A stretch of DNA of 64,000 nt. Origin: Octopus bimaculoides (taxonomy: Eukaryota). Both the position numbers and the translations under genes were made by a program. The number at the start of each line of letters is the position of its first letter. Position 1 is the first letter of the stretch. The notes beneath the pieces were generated by a model that did not search any database, had not been told where the DNA came from, and saw nothing but the letters and a program-made list of their open reading frames with translations. Below, in pieces: positions 40,501 to 53,029 of the stretch. Location: the NCBI RefSeq assembly GCF_001194135.2, contig NC_068981.1, positions 155,168,971 through 155,232,970 on the forward strand, in the 5' to 3' direction.

Positions 40501-41099
40501 TTATTAGCTCTACATTTTCATACAAGTTTTAATTGCACTTACCCAGCCCAACAAACAAGATTGTTGGAGTGAGGACATTTAGTTTTGGTCCTCATTATTC
40601 TGAGTCCAATTCTAGCCAAGATTGACTTTACTTCTCCCTATCACCATCATTCTCTGCACTCCTGAGGATTGATAAAATATGCATCAATCACATGCTGTGA
40701 ACAATAATATCATTAGTTCAAAAAATTTTCAATGAGTCAATCACTGGCTCACTGCATTTCCTATAGAGAGAGTGTCCATGTAATGTGAGCAAAACAAATA
40801 CCACAAGGTATTTTGTTTAAAAGCACCAGGATTGATATGATCAACAGCAGGCTAAAGTCATTTGCATATGGTAGCCCAGCTGGCTGTTCAGTAATAGGCA
40901 GTTGCCAAACAACATAAACCCACAGGGGTCTAAAGGCACATGTACTCATGTGCAAAAACAAAACAACTCTAAGCAGCATGTTATTTCCTAACTTGAGGTA
41001 CTATTTTAAGTTCATTTATCTCCCCTATCATATATATATTGTCTTATATATTGCCTGATGGTCTTGTTACACTAGAAATCAGAGATAGAATTGTTATTG

Positions 41100-41267
41100 G
41101 TAGGCACAGGCATTGCTGTATGGTTAAGAAGCTTGCTTCCTAACCATGTGGTTTCAGGTTTGGCCCCTCTTTGCTGCACCTTGTGTCTTCTACCAGACTG
41201 TCTAAAACCATGTGAGTGGATTTGGTCGATGGAAACTGAAGAAACCTATCATATAAATGTGTGTGTA

Positions 41268-41308
<41 letters not shown>

Positions 41309-41900
41309 GTGTGTGTGTCTTTGTGTATTGACATTGCATCATTATAAAGTACTGGGGCTGGTGCCACATAAAAAGCACCACTACTTATGCTATGTAAAAA
41401 GCAGTTATACAGGTGCCATGTAAAATGCACTGGTTCTGGTGCCTCATAAAAAACACAGGTGATGGTGCCACATAAAAAGCACCCAGTACACTTTGTAAAG
41501 TGGTTGACATTAGGAAGACCATAAAGCTGTTGAAATCAAGCCAAAAATAGACTATGGAACCTGGTGCAACCCCATGGCCTTGCCAGCTCCTTTCAATTCT
41601 TCCAACTCATGCCAGCATGGAAAATGGACATGTGATGATGATGATGATGAGGAGGAGGAGGAGGAGGAGGATGAGGAGGGTGATGATGATGACTGCATGA
41701 TAGTAGTAAACAAGTATCAGTGTGCTACAAGTTGTTAGTTTCCAACCTTCCATGAAAATATTTTCAGCTCAAGGGAAATATTACCTTCATTGGAAGCAGG
41801 TGAAGGCTGGCCACAGGAAGGGCATCCAGCCATAGAAAATCTGCTTTGATAAATTCCATCTGACCCATGCAAGAATGGAAAAGTGAATGCTAAAATGCTG
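41100..41900 (+). mobile_element. Composite SINE run (family A head plus two tail modules with GAT/GAG microsatellites)
   Basis: ggcacaggcattgctgtatggttaag head, repeated ctggtgcc.cataaaaagcac units, and ggaagggcatccagccatagaaaa. Confidence 0.75.
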
Positions 41901-42845
41901 CTACCATCACCATGGCCACTGCTGCTGCTGCTGCTCTCACTGCTATCAGCTTCACTGACAGCAGCAGTGATGACAACACTGACGAAGATCATGATGGAAG
42001 TGTGGAAAAGCAGACTGATATCATTTTGACTATTTCTTAACATTCTGATACACTGGCACAAAGTGACACTATACAATATACAAGATACCTTAATCTCTCT
42101 TGGCATGGTACATTAGTAAACTTCTTTTCATTTCTAACTAGATAAATCCGCTGTTTAACTTTCTACTTAGCCTCCAGGATATATTCTCTGTTATTTATTT
42201 CTTCTGTTTCTTTTAAGCCCATCACTTATCTCTTATAATATCTTTCTGGCAATATTTGACCACCACGATGACAGCTTCTTGATAAATAAGTTTCTAGTTC
42301 TGTTAACCTTTTGGCTGTCCAAAGCTTTTTCATCAGTTTGTCCTAAACATCTATGCTTATTTTCAAACTAGTAGTCAGCCCTGGTTTCATATGCTCTGAG
42401 TAATATAGAGATTTCTTTTCATAAGAACCAAGTTATTTTAGTGGTTGAAATTAATTGGCAATGTGTATCATAAGTGATGTATAAATATCAGGGAAATATG
42501 TCAGGCAAAGGGATAAGAATGTCAAATTATATAAAAGTACTCTATGCTTAGCTCTCTGTTCAAATAATCATTTGCTACAATGCTACATTTTGGAGTCCAA
42601 TCATTTATTTTATTATTGTTTTATATTACACTTAGAGAACAATAGTGTTATTGGTTATAGACTTCCTGATGACCAATAACTGGTTCACTGCATTTCCAAT
42701 GGTGAGAATGACACTTGAATATCTATGCGGAACAAATACCAGCATATATATATTTTTTTTTTTTTAGATTTGAAAGCACCAGTTTGTCAGTTTCCTTGTT
42801 GATATACATTGATGTAAAATACATATACACATAAACATGTGCACA

Positions 42846-42908
<63 letters not shown>

Positions 42909-43054
42909 ACACACACACACATACACACACAATTTTCATAAGGCATTGGCTAACCTGAGGCTGCAGCAGAAGCAGGTCCGTGCATTCAGTATACAAAATC
43001 TTTCACTTCTACTCTAACTCTTCTATTTTTAATGGGACTAATCATGTATTTCTT

Positions 43055-43275
43055 ATATCAAGGGCTTCAAATTTTGGCACATGGCCAGCAATTTTAAAGG
43101 AGTGGGTAAGTTGATTACATTGACCCCAGTGTTCAACTGGTACTTATTTTTATTTACTCTGAAAGGATGAAAAGTAAAGTTGACCTTGGTGGAATCTGAA
43201 GCCAGAACATAAAGAGTCAGAGAAAAAATGCTGCTAAGCATTTTGTCCCACTGACTAATGATCCTACCAGTTTTT
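43055..43275 (-). mobile_element. Family B tRNA-derived SINE
   Basis: ttcaaattttggcac...ttgaccccagtgttcaactggtacttatt...aaaggatgaaaagtaaagttgacc. Confidence 0.8.
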
Positions 43276-43421
43276 TGCCTTATTATATTTCTTATATTAA
43301 TAGAAAACACACAACACACATGACCATTGTGAACCATTAAGTTTCATCATGATTAGAACACCCCTAACCTCTTAAAATTTGAACTGAAAGCTTATAGATA
43401 TGCTTGTTGTGGCTTTTTATG

Positions 43422-43586
43422 TTATTCTTTTATTCTTTTATTTGTTTCAGTCATTTGACTGTGGCCATGCTGGAGCACCACCTTTAGTTGAATAAATCAC
43501 CCCTAGGACTTATTCTTTGTAAGCCGAACCACTAAGTTAAGGGGACATAAATACACCATCGGTTGTCAAGTGAAGGTGGGGGACAA

Positions 43587-43625
<39 letters not shown>

Positions 43626-43789
43626 CACAATGGGCTTCTTTCAGTTTCCATGTACCATATCCACTCACAAGGCTTTGGTCGGTTCGAGGCTATAGTAGAA
43701 GACACTTGCCCAAGGTGCCATGCAGTGGGACTGAACCCGGAACCATGTGGCTGGTAAGCAAGCTACTTACCACACAGCCACTCCTGCAC
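43422..43789 (-). mobile_element. Well-preserved full-length family A SINE
   Basis: Reverse complement is nearly colinear with 51730-52150, including the head gtgcaggagtggctgtgtggtaagtagc and B-box ggttcagtcc. Confidence 0.9.
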
Positions 43790-44399
43790 TTATATATTTT
43801 TAAAGAATTTATAAATGATGACGCATAAGACAAAACTTGTAAAGTTAATAAAAAGAAGCTGTTATTAAAAGGCTTAAAAGTATATAAAAGAAATAAATTA
43901 TAAAAAAGATTATAAAATCATAAAATTATCTTTCATAAAAAAAAATCAGGCACATTGTTGTTTATCAGTTAAAACAAAAAGGTTGAACTCTTAAATCAAA
44001 TTAGATGATCGTTTTAAAAGAAATAAAGTCAACTTGATACACAACTCTTCCTTTTTGAGATTAAAGCATTGTTTGAATATAAAACTGCAATGAATGTAGC
44101 ATAAAAGATTATATTGAATAAAATAAAAATTATATTGGAAAGAATTGAAAAGTTCATCCCTACATAATTCTTGAAGAAACATTTTATCTACACAAGAGGA
44201 GTTAAATCCAAAATTCAAAATTTACTAACATCATGTTCTTAGAAACAGAACTACTTCTCCTGCATTTGCCTTCATAGTTGTTAAATCCTGAATTGATTAT
44301 TTTCAAATTAGAATATGTGAAAGTGGAAATTTAAATGCATTAGATTACATGTTACATTTAGTTGTAGTCAAGAATTAGTCTGAATTGGTACATTTTTAT

Positions 44400-44830
44400 C
44401 ATCACCATTTTGGCATCCGCTTTTCCATGCTTGCATGCATTGGACAGAGTTTATTGAGATAGGTTTCCTATGGTGGGATGCCTATCCTGTTGCCAACCCT
44501 CATCTGTTTCCGAGCAAGGTAATATTTCCACATGGCCAGACATGCACTTGCACAATTTGGAAACAAATGACACTGCTTGTATGACAGTGACGATCATTTA
44601 CAACTACCACATGATGTCAAGACAAGGAGGTACAAACACACACACACTTGCATGCACGCACGCACACACACACACACACACACATGTACCAGGCTTCTCT
44701 CAGTTTCCATCTTTCTGCTTTCCAAATCCATTTACAAGGCTTTGGTTGGCCTGGGTTTATAGCAGAAAACACTTCTCCAAGGTTCCACACAATGGAATTG
44801 AAACCAGAACCATGTGGTTGGGACACTACC
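44400..44830 (-). mobile_element. SINE composite (same layout as 10390-10745 and 48690-48950)
   Basis: gccaaccctcatctgtttccgagcaaggtaatattt...atttacaactaccac, followed by a family A head on the minus strand. Confidence 0.7.
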
Positions 44831-46049
44831 ATAAGCAGAAAACATATATTTAAGGTACTGCACAATGGAATGAAACTTGGACCCACATAACCATATCTGT
44901 GCTTTTGTTTGTCTTATTCCTGGTTTAAAAAAAAAATTAACCAACTGGTAGCTAACTAATTGGTTGGTTGTTATTGTGAACTTTACATTGCTCATAGTCA
45001 ATGCCTTGACATTCATACTAATACAGGGTTTCATTTGTCTCTCTCTCTCTCTCTTACCATTTGTTCTGATGTAGTGAAGTTCTTTAAACATACCAGTGTA
45101 TCTGTATTGTTAACCTGCTATCATTACAATATCTCTAGTCTATTGTCTTTTATGTAGATTTTTTTTACTAGGATCTTATAAACAAAAATAGGGTTATAAT
45201 TCTATTGTTATATTATTGTAATTATGATCTAAGGCATTCTAACCATGACCATCTCATCCTTTTTTATTTGTGTTATTTGTCCTTTATTAAAGATGATATG
45301 ATGGTTGTTTTGCAGTTATTTCCAGCAGGTGAGCACCCACATACAGGCTTCCTTGGAGAAATTTAAGTGGCTATCATGTTTCCAATTAATAATTCAGTAT
45401 CATAATTCAATCACTATGACTACATCAGTTAAACTTGCAACCAATTTTTGCGTTGATTTGCCAAATTTCTACATGGACATCTGGTTAAGAAATCGTCTTC
45501 AGAGCTATGAGATTACAGGTTCAATTGCAGTGCACAGCTCTTTGGGAAAATGTCTTTTAACATAGCATTGAGTTAACCAAAGCTTGGTAAGTAAAACTTG
45601 GCAGATAATAATTTAGTAGAAGCTTGGAAAGTGGACCATTTCTGTTTTAGGGTGGAAGACTTAATTTGCCACCCAGTTTAACACATGGCTCATGTGTGCT
45701 TTTAATGAGGCCCTTCCTGTTGGAATTATTAAGGTGAGATCTTCTTTATGAATATAACATTCTCCTATCCTTCCATCTGTTTTGAAGTCCCTAGAAATAA
45801 AAATGAGTACTGCCTTTCTTCCTATGATTAAGCTCTTACAAAAAATCTCAATTCAAATCTAGAAGAACTTGCTTGCTCTCCTTCTTCATGATTTATTTAA
45901 CTTCTACAATCTTCTACCTTATCTTTTGCCCAGGTTAAGCTGTTAAACATTTTGCCAAGAAGATTTCTTGATGATGTTGAAAGAATATTCACAACTGACA
46001 CCTACTTAGAAGCCTTGTTAATGTAGTTGATACTATTTGAGGTATCATT

Positions 46050-46650
46050 CTGTGCAGCATATTTAATTTGGTGTTGTTGCTATGGTTGAATATCCTATAA
46101 TGTTCATTTGTTGCTGCATCTAAATTCAAAATGTTGTTACCAAATAAAATCGTCATTATTATATATTGCTGTTGGAGTTTATTGTTGATGTTAGACCCTT
46201 ATCAGCTTCAATATAGCAAGCCTGAAGTCAAAGCACTGTAGCAATGACCAACCTACTTTTAAGGATATGTAAGGCTAAGAATATTATGTAAAATATTCTT
46301 GTCTTGTTTAATATAACAGAGTCTAATTTTAAGGATATTTTGTGGCTATTTTTAGCATTCTGAGTCATTATATAGAGACTCCCTCACTGGTCTGAGCTCC
46401 ATTAGTTTTATTTGGAAGCATTTTCTCCAGATGAGTTATTTTCAGACTGTTATACATTGCAGCTAGGACTTCTGGTTCTTTGCCAAAATGATATCTACTG
46501 ACTTTGTAGAATCCTCACTTTTTTCTGTTATAACTGCAAGCATAAAGATTCTACATTTGCTGCCTGATTTTTCCAAATTCCATGCTGCATACGCAACAAA
46601 TCGCTTTCCAAAGTTGAACTGTTTTGTCAATGCAAGTATATAGTGATCAA
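46050..46650 (-). mobile_element. Possible highly decayed LINE AP-endonuclease region
   Basis: VDIILAK (DII..QEP-like) and INSNS...QQMNII (DSN...QL.I.N-like) occur in the expected order, but across many stops. Confidence 0.3.
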
Positions 46651-47819
46651 GCATGAAAATTATCAAATTGCTCCAACACAACAAAGCAAACATGTTTAAC
46701 AGTGAGTGTACTTTCCATAGTCCTTTAATAGCACATTCTAGACTTAGCTCCCATCCTTGTTAATCTCTTCAGTTTTTCTCACATTACAAGAAACTATCCT
46801 AATCTATGTAAGCTCAAATGATGTGTCCAATTCCAAAGAAGAGCAACTCCTCTGACCCTGTCCAATAACTACCCTATTACTACTCATTTCCTATAGCTCA
46901 AAAACAAAAGAAAGGGTCATAAACAACTGCCTCTATCACTTTCAGTCTTCCTCTCTCTTGTCAGTGAATACAAATATGGTTCCAAAAAGCTGTCTTATAC
47001 CCACACCAATGCTAGCTTACTCTTGAGAATTTTGGGGAAAAGCAGTAGTTTTGCTTCTCATGTGATCAGGTGTTTCCTGTCAAAATAGAGTGCTGGTAAC
47101 ATCTAAGGAACAAAGCTACTGTACACAAACATCGAAATATATATCCAAAAGAAGGTCATTCCACTGATTGAGAAGGATGCAACTACTGATCTACAAACAC
47201 CCTGCTCTTCTCCCCATTTCTTCTGTTGCTACTACAATATCTTGTGTTCCTCTGAAGTAGCAAGCTGTACATCACCTCTAACCAAATTCATTTCATACAC
47301 CTACTTATACTAAGCCCACCTAAATCTATTTGATACACTTACTTCTACTACCTAAACTCATTTGATAAACCTACCACTAACAATTTAATCTATGAGGCCA
47401 ATAAGAGAACCTCTACATGGTCATTTGATCTGTGAGAAATAGCAGCTAAATCTCCCTTAAATGGGGAAGACGTTTGGATCACATGATATCGGGTTCTCTG
47501 CACATAGGAAAAAATGGAGTGGGTCATAGATGGAATGTCTGTAACAGAGCTCACCAGAGGATAACCTATTTTACCAAGGCTAACTTGCAACTTAAGAAAT
47601 ACAACTTCCATCAAAAAGCCACATGACACACCAGCAATTCCTCCCATGTTCCACCCTGCAGACCAGTGTTTCTTAACCTTCCCTTAAATAAATTACATGT
47701 CTCAAGGAACCCCTGCACAAAAAAAAAATTATATACCATATCTTTCTCATATATTTTTCATTGTAGTTTACATGGTAAATATCATAAATCTTAGGCCAAC
47801 AGGTTTTGGGGGTCTGGCG

Positions 47820-47879
<60 letters not shown>

Positions 47880-47884
47880 CATCA

Positions 47885-48120
47885 TCATCATCATTGTTTA
47901 ACGTCCGCTTTCCATGCTAGCATGGGTTGGACGATTTGACTGAAGACTGGCGAACTGGATGGCTGCACCAGGCTCCAACCTGATCTGGCAGAGTTTCTAC
48001 AGTTGGATGCCTTTCCTAACGCCAACCACTCTGAAAGTGTAGTGGGTGCTTTTATGTGCCACCGGCACAAGGGCCAGTCAGGCGGTACTGGCAATGGCCA
48101 CACTCGAATGTTTTCTAACA
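47885..48120 (-). mobile_element. SINE tail, well preserved
   Basis: catcatcattgtttaacgtccgctttccatgctagcatgggttggacg...ggatgcctttcctaacgccaaccactct. Confidence 0.85.
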
Positions 48121-49171
48121 TGCCACACATATATATATATAATCATATAAATATTGTAATATTACAATATTACAATAACCAGTAATATGCTGTGCATGAA
48201 TAGTAATATTATGATCATGAAATTAGCATTAGCTTATCTCACACTTTCTCACTGAACCCTAGGGTTCAGAGGAACCCTGGTAGAGAAACGCTGCTATAGA
48301 CACTACACAAAAAACTGTCCACTCATTCTTTCTCATAGTTGCAGCCTTCCTTGAAAATGTTTTGTCTCAAAGTATCAACCTACAGAAGTTCAGACTGAAT
48401 ATCAACTGCATCAATCCCAACAGTCTGGGATTGTTTACTAAAATTATAGGTGTTACTGTTTACCTCCTCTGGATAATTAACAGAACAAAACATGTGGAAT
48501 TATATCCTGTTTGAATATAAATTAAGACATTGAGAACAGAGATGGTTAGGGTGAGAGAAACAAGAGAAAGGTGCCAAGTAGACAGTAGCTGTATGGTAGG
48601 CCAAACGTGCCAACATACTTTGTGGGAACCAAATGTGAGATGAATGTGGCAGATACCATGACCTTTCAAAGGTTAGCTGAGTTATGAAAGCAATCATCAT
48701 CATTATCGTCATCATCATTATTGTCCACTTTTCTATGCTTGCATAGATCAAACAGAATTTGTTGAGATGGATTTTCTTTAGATGGAGGCCCTTCTTGTTG
48801 CCAACTCTCACTTGTTTCCAAACAAGGTAATATTCCTCATGACCAGACGTTTTTATGTAAGATTGGAAATGAAGCACACCACTTGCATTGCATGATGGTG
48901 ACATTCATTTACAACTATCATGTGAAGGTAAGGAGAGAATCACACACACACAAGGCAGCCTTTGTCTTTTTCTATCCAAAAGGGATTTTCAACCCAATGT
49001 TAATATTTATAGCTTTATGTGATGTGCTTCAAGAACCATTGTTCCAAAAATGATATATGTGTGTGTGTGTGTATATTCTTTTCTACTCAAGGCACAAGGC
49101 CAGAAATTTTTGGGGAGGGAGCCAGTCAATTAGATTGATCCTAATACACAACTGGTACTTAATTTATTGAC

Positions 49172-49516
49172 GGTTCTATAATTAAGAGATGAGGAATTAT
49201 GTACATTATTTACATTTGATGGATATTTGTCCTCATCTTGTTTGTTGTTAACTCAATGTTTCCAGCCTTCATCAAGTGTCTTGGGGAAATTTCGAACCTG
49301 GGTTCTCATTCCTAAGGTATTTTTCGATGTTATTATTATTGGAATCGAACTCAGAATCTTGAGGTTAGTAGCCCGCGGCCCGTGGGCTTTTTTTCTTTGC
49401 TGTAGCTACCATCACTTATAAGACTTATAAGACTTATATGCCCATGGGCATATAGCGTAGTGGTTAAGAGTGTGGGCTACTAACCCCAAGATTCCGAGTT
49501 TGATTCCAAGCAGTGA

Positions 49517-49575
<59 letters not shown>

Positions 49576-49698
49576 TCGAAAAATACCTTAGGAATGAGAA
49601 CCCAGGTTTGAAATTTCCCCATGACACCTGATGAAAGCTGGAGGGTATATCAGCTGAAACATTGTGTTAACAACAAACAAGATGAGGACAAATATCCG
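49172..49698. mobile_element. Head-to-head pair of tRNA-headed elements with a Penelope-type tail, inserted in a family B SINE
   Basis: The left copy (49172-49387, minus) is the reverse complement of the right copy (49440-49698, plus). The pair is flanked by the direct repeat ttaatttattgac (49159-49171 and 49699-49711). The host SINE resumes after the second repeat. Confidence 0.9.
49623..49668 (+). ncRNA. Minimal type I hammerhead ribozyme motif (probably degenerate)
   Basis: GACAC-CTGATGA-A-AGCTG-(GAGGGTATAT)-CAGCT-GAAAC-ATT^GTGTT shows both core boxes, a 5-bp stem II and a 5-bp stem I. Stem III is AACATT rather than the palindromic AACGTT. Confidence 0.65.
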
Positions 49699-49819
49699 TT
49701 AATTTATTGACCCTGAAAGGATGAAAGGCAAAGTCGACAGATGACATACCGCTAAGCATTTCACCCAGTGTGCTAACGTTTCTGCCAGCTTGCTGCTTTT
49801 AAAAATATTTTCTAAATTA

Positions 49820-50020
49820 TTCTTTTCTACCCTAGGCACGAAGCCTGACATTTTGGGGGAGGGAGCCAGTCAATTAGATCGACTCCAGTATGCAACTAGT
49901 ACTTAATTTATCGACCCCAAAAGGATGAAAAGCAAAGTCGACCTTGGTGGGATTTGAACTCAGAGCATAAAGATGGGCGAAATACTCGGCGTGCTGACAT
50001 TTCTGCCAGCTTGTCGCCTT
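49820..50020 (-). mobile_element. Family B SINE
   Basis: ctggtacttaatttatcgacccc.aaaggatgaaa.gcaaagtcgacc core, with the head at the right end (ctgccagcttgtcgcctt). Confidence 0.85.
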
Positions 50021-51039
50021 ATGTGTGTGTGTATTAAAAGGATAATTAAGAGGCATAATTGGTTGAATGGTTATGTCCCTTTACATTCTTAATTCAAATC
50101 CTGTGTGTTTTAATTGTCTTCTATTTTTCCAGAATTGATATAATACAATAACCATGTATACACGTTCTGTGATTGATTTAACCCTCTGTATTCCTGCCTT
50201 AAAACTGGTATCCTTGTGCCTATTTCAAAAACATATGTAACAATAATTCTGCTTGAAACTGAAAAGGCTGGGGAATGGAGATCATATACACAAGCAGTAA
50301 TGCATTGCCAACCAAGTTAAATATACAGGTTGTCAGAACAGTACAAATAAAATGGCTTAAAGTGTTATAAAGAACGACAGCTGGCAATTCTTTGTAAGAA
50401 TCTAACTTGGCTGCAATTTTCAAAAAGAATCAACTAAATGACCTTTTCGTTTGATTCACTATGTAAAATTTATTCCTTCTTAAGCTTATTTCATGGAAAC
50501 AAGATGTCAAAAATGATTTCGATTATATACACCACACGCACTACGCTACACATCACGTATACACGTATACACAGACTATATTCACAATTCTGTTATGTTA
50601 CAATAGATTGCCATGACATTTGACCTTATCCAAGCAAAATTTCCTGCAAGTCTTTGGCTCCAATGCTGAATTCACTTATTCTCTTATTGACCAATGATAA
50701 ATACTACTAATATTGATTTTATTTGATTATAAAAACCGTAAAACTGTTCTTGAGTAATTTTTATATATTCTCATGTATTGGTAGATTTAAGTAAATATTT
50801 TATCTTAATCATTGAAACATTACTGATAACTACATTTTACTGAAAGGAATAATGGAGGTCAGAGTTGTAACTTTTTTGCATTTTGCTTCTTTCATGTCAA
50901 CAATTACATTCTATTGAATGATTTGATTTATTTGATTTGTTTTCAGTAAGTCTGAAGGAACAGTAGTGCTTATAACCTTCTCAGATCCTCCAAGACTACA
51001 AAATTGAAGAAGTCTGTATAAAGTTGCTATTACTGCTTA

Positions 51040-51510
51040 ACAGTTGGCATTTAATGTGTACAGCATATGGCTGGTATTCAATGTGTACAGTGTGTAGATG
51101 GTATTCCATGTATACAACTGGTTTTTCTACATGTAATGTGTACAATAGATATTTTATGTGTAAGTGTACAGTTGGTTTCCTATGTGTAGCTTATGAGGGG
51201 ATGCTGAAAAGTTCTTGGCTTTGGATAAAAGAAAATATAGGAGGATGAATTAATTATGATTTTATTCAACATATTCCCCTCCCAGATTTACACACTTATT
51301 TCAGCAGTCTTTCAGTTTTTCTAAGCCCTGTAAAAGAACTAGGAAATTTGGACCTCCAACCATGCCTTAAAGCCAGGAACTTTTCAGCACCCCCTCGTAT
51401 ACTGTTGATATTTAATGTGTCCTTTGTACTGTTGGTATTCAATGTGTTAATTGGTGGTATTCAATGAATACTTTGTACAGCTAGTATGTAGTTTGTAATG
51501 TATATAGTTG
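51040..51510. repeat. Degenerate minisatellite (units like gttggtattcaatgtgtaca) split by a MITE
   Basis: ggtattcaatg and tgtgtaca motifs recur on both sides of 51194-51397. Confidence 0.6.
51194..51397. mobile_element. Tc1/Mariner MITE, 204 bp, TA target site
   Basis: TA|TGAGGGGATGCTGAAAAGTTCTTGGCTTT...AAAGCCAGGAACTTTTCAGCACCCCCTCG|TA gives 29-bp TIRs with 3 mismatches. Confidence 0.9.
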
Positions 51511-51729
51511 ATATTAAGTTCAAATTATTGTAGATAAGTGGTTAGAAAGAAAATACCACTACTAATAATAATGGTTTTAAATTTTGGCACAAGGCCAGTA
51601 ATTCCAGGGTAGGGGATAAACTCGATTACATCAACCTCAATGCTTAACTGGTACTTATATCATCAATCCCAAAAGGATGAAAGGCAAAAATCAACCCTGG
51701 TGGATTAATAATAATAATTTTTTCTTATA

Positions 51730-52150
51730 GGTGCAAGAGTGGCGGTGTAGTAAGTAGCTTACTTACCAACCACATGGTTCTGGGTTCAGTCCCACTGCGT
51801 GGCACCTTGGGCAAGTGTCTTCTACTATAGCCTTGGGCCGACCAAAGCCTTGTGAGTGGATTTGCTAGACGGAAACTGAAAGAAGCCCGTCATATATATG
51901 TATATATATATGTATGTGTGTGTATATGTTTGTGTGTCTGTGATTGTCCCCCCTAGCATTGCTTGACAACCGATGCTGGTGTGTTTATGTCCCCGTCACT
52001 TAGTGGTTCGGCAAAAAGAGACTGATAGAATAAGTACTAGGCTTCCAAAGAATAAGTCCTGGGGTCGATTTGCTCGACTAAAGGCGGTGCTCCAGCATGG
52101 CTGCAGTCAAATTACTGAAACAAGTAAAAGAGTAAAAGAGTAAAAGAGTA
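51730..52150 (+). mobile_element. Young full-length family A tRNA-derived SINE
   Basis: A-box-like gtggcggtgtagtaag, B-box-like ggttcagtcc, a ccttgggcaagtg core, an internal (TA)/(TG) tract and a (gtaaaaga)n tail. CpGs are retained. Confidence 0.92.
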
Positions 52151-52154
52151 CAAT

Positions 52155-52648
52155 AGGCACAAGGCCTGAAACTTTGGGGTAGGGGGCTAGTTGATTACAC
52201 CGACCCCAGCGTGATCAACCCTGAAAGGATGAAAGGCAAAGTTGACCTCAGCAGAATTTGAACTCAAGACATAAGGAAGGATGAAATGCTGCTAAACATT
52301 TTGCCCAGGATGCTAATGATTCTGCCAGCTTGCCACCTTAACCAAATACATAATAATGATTTCATACTTTGGATCAAGCAATTTCAGGGGAAGGTGTAAA
52401 TTGATTACATCAGCCTCAGTGCTCAACTGGTACTCATTTTATTGACCCCGAAAGAATGAAAGGCAAAGTTGACCTCGGTGGAATTGGAACACAGAACGTA
52501 AAGATGGACAAAATGCTGCTAAGCATTTTGCCTGGAGTGCTAATGATTCTGCAAGTTTGCTGCCTTATAAAAGAAGTGCCTTTCTGGTGGGGAACTGAAC
52601 ACCGGTCTCCTATGTGACAGGCAGGGGTACTCACCACTTTACTACTGA

Positions 52649-52722
<74 letters not shown>

Positions 52723-52935
52723 TAATGGTTTCAAATTTTGGCACAAAGTCAGCAATTTTAGGTGAAAGAGATAGTTGATTACCTTCACACCAGTACCTGA
52801 GTGATGCTTGTTTTATTGACACTGAAGGGACAAAAGGCGAAGTTCTCCTTGGAGGCATTTAAACTCAGAATGTAAACAGTTCACAGAAATACCTCAAAGC
52901 ATTCTGTCCCATGTTCAAATAATTCTGCTAGCTCA
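52155..52935 (-). mobile_element. Three tandem, same-orientation family B SINE copies (about 52155-52340, 52355-52567, 52722-52935)
   Basis: Each copy has the gaccc.gaaaggatgaaaggcaaagttgacctc core and a ctgccagct.gcc.cct head end. Confidence 0.85.
52580..52650 (-). pseudogene. tRNA-Asp(GTC) pseudogene
   Basis: Minus strand TTTCAGTAGTAAAGTGGTGAGTACCCCTGCCTGTCACATAGGAGACCGGTGTTCAGTTCCCCACCAGAAAG aligns with the eukaryotic tRNA-Asp sequence as I recall it. The anticodon loop CT-GTC-AC is intact, but the acceptor and anticodon stems have mismatches. Confidence 0.8.
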
Positions 52936-53029
52936 CCATGACAATGGTGATGATGATGATAGTGATGGCAGTGGTATCAATGATGATGATGATGATGATG
53001 AAGCCACTTCACCAGAAGTCACCAAAAAC

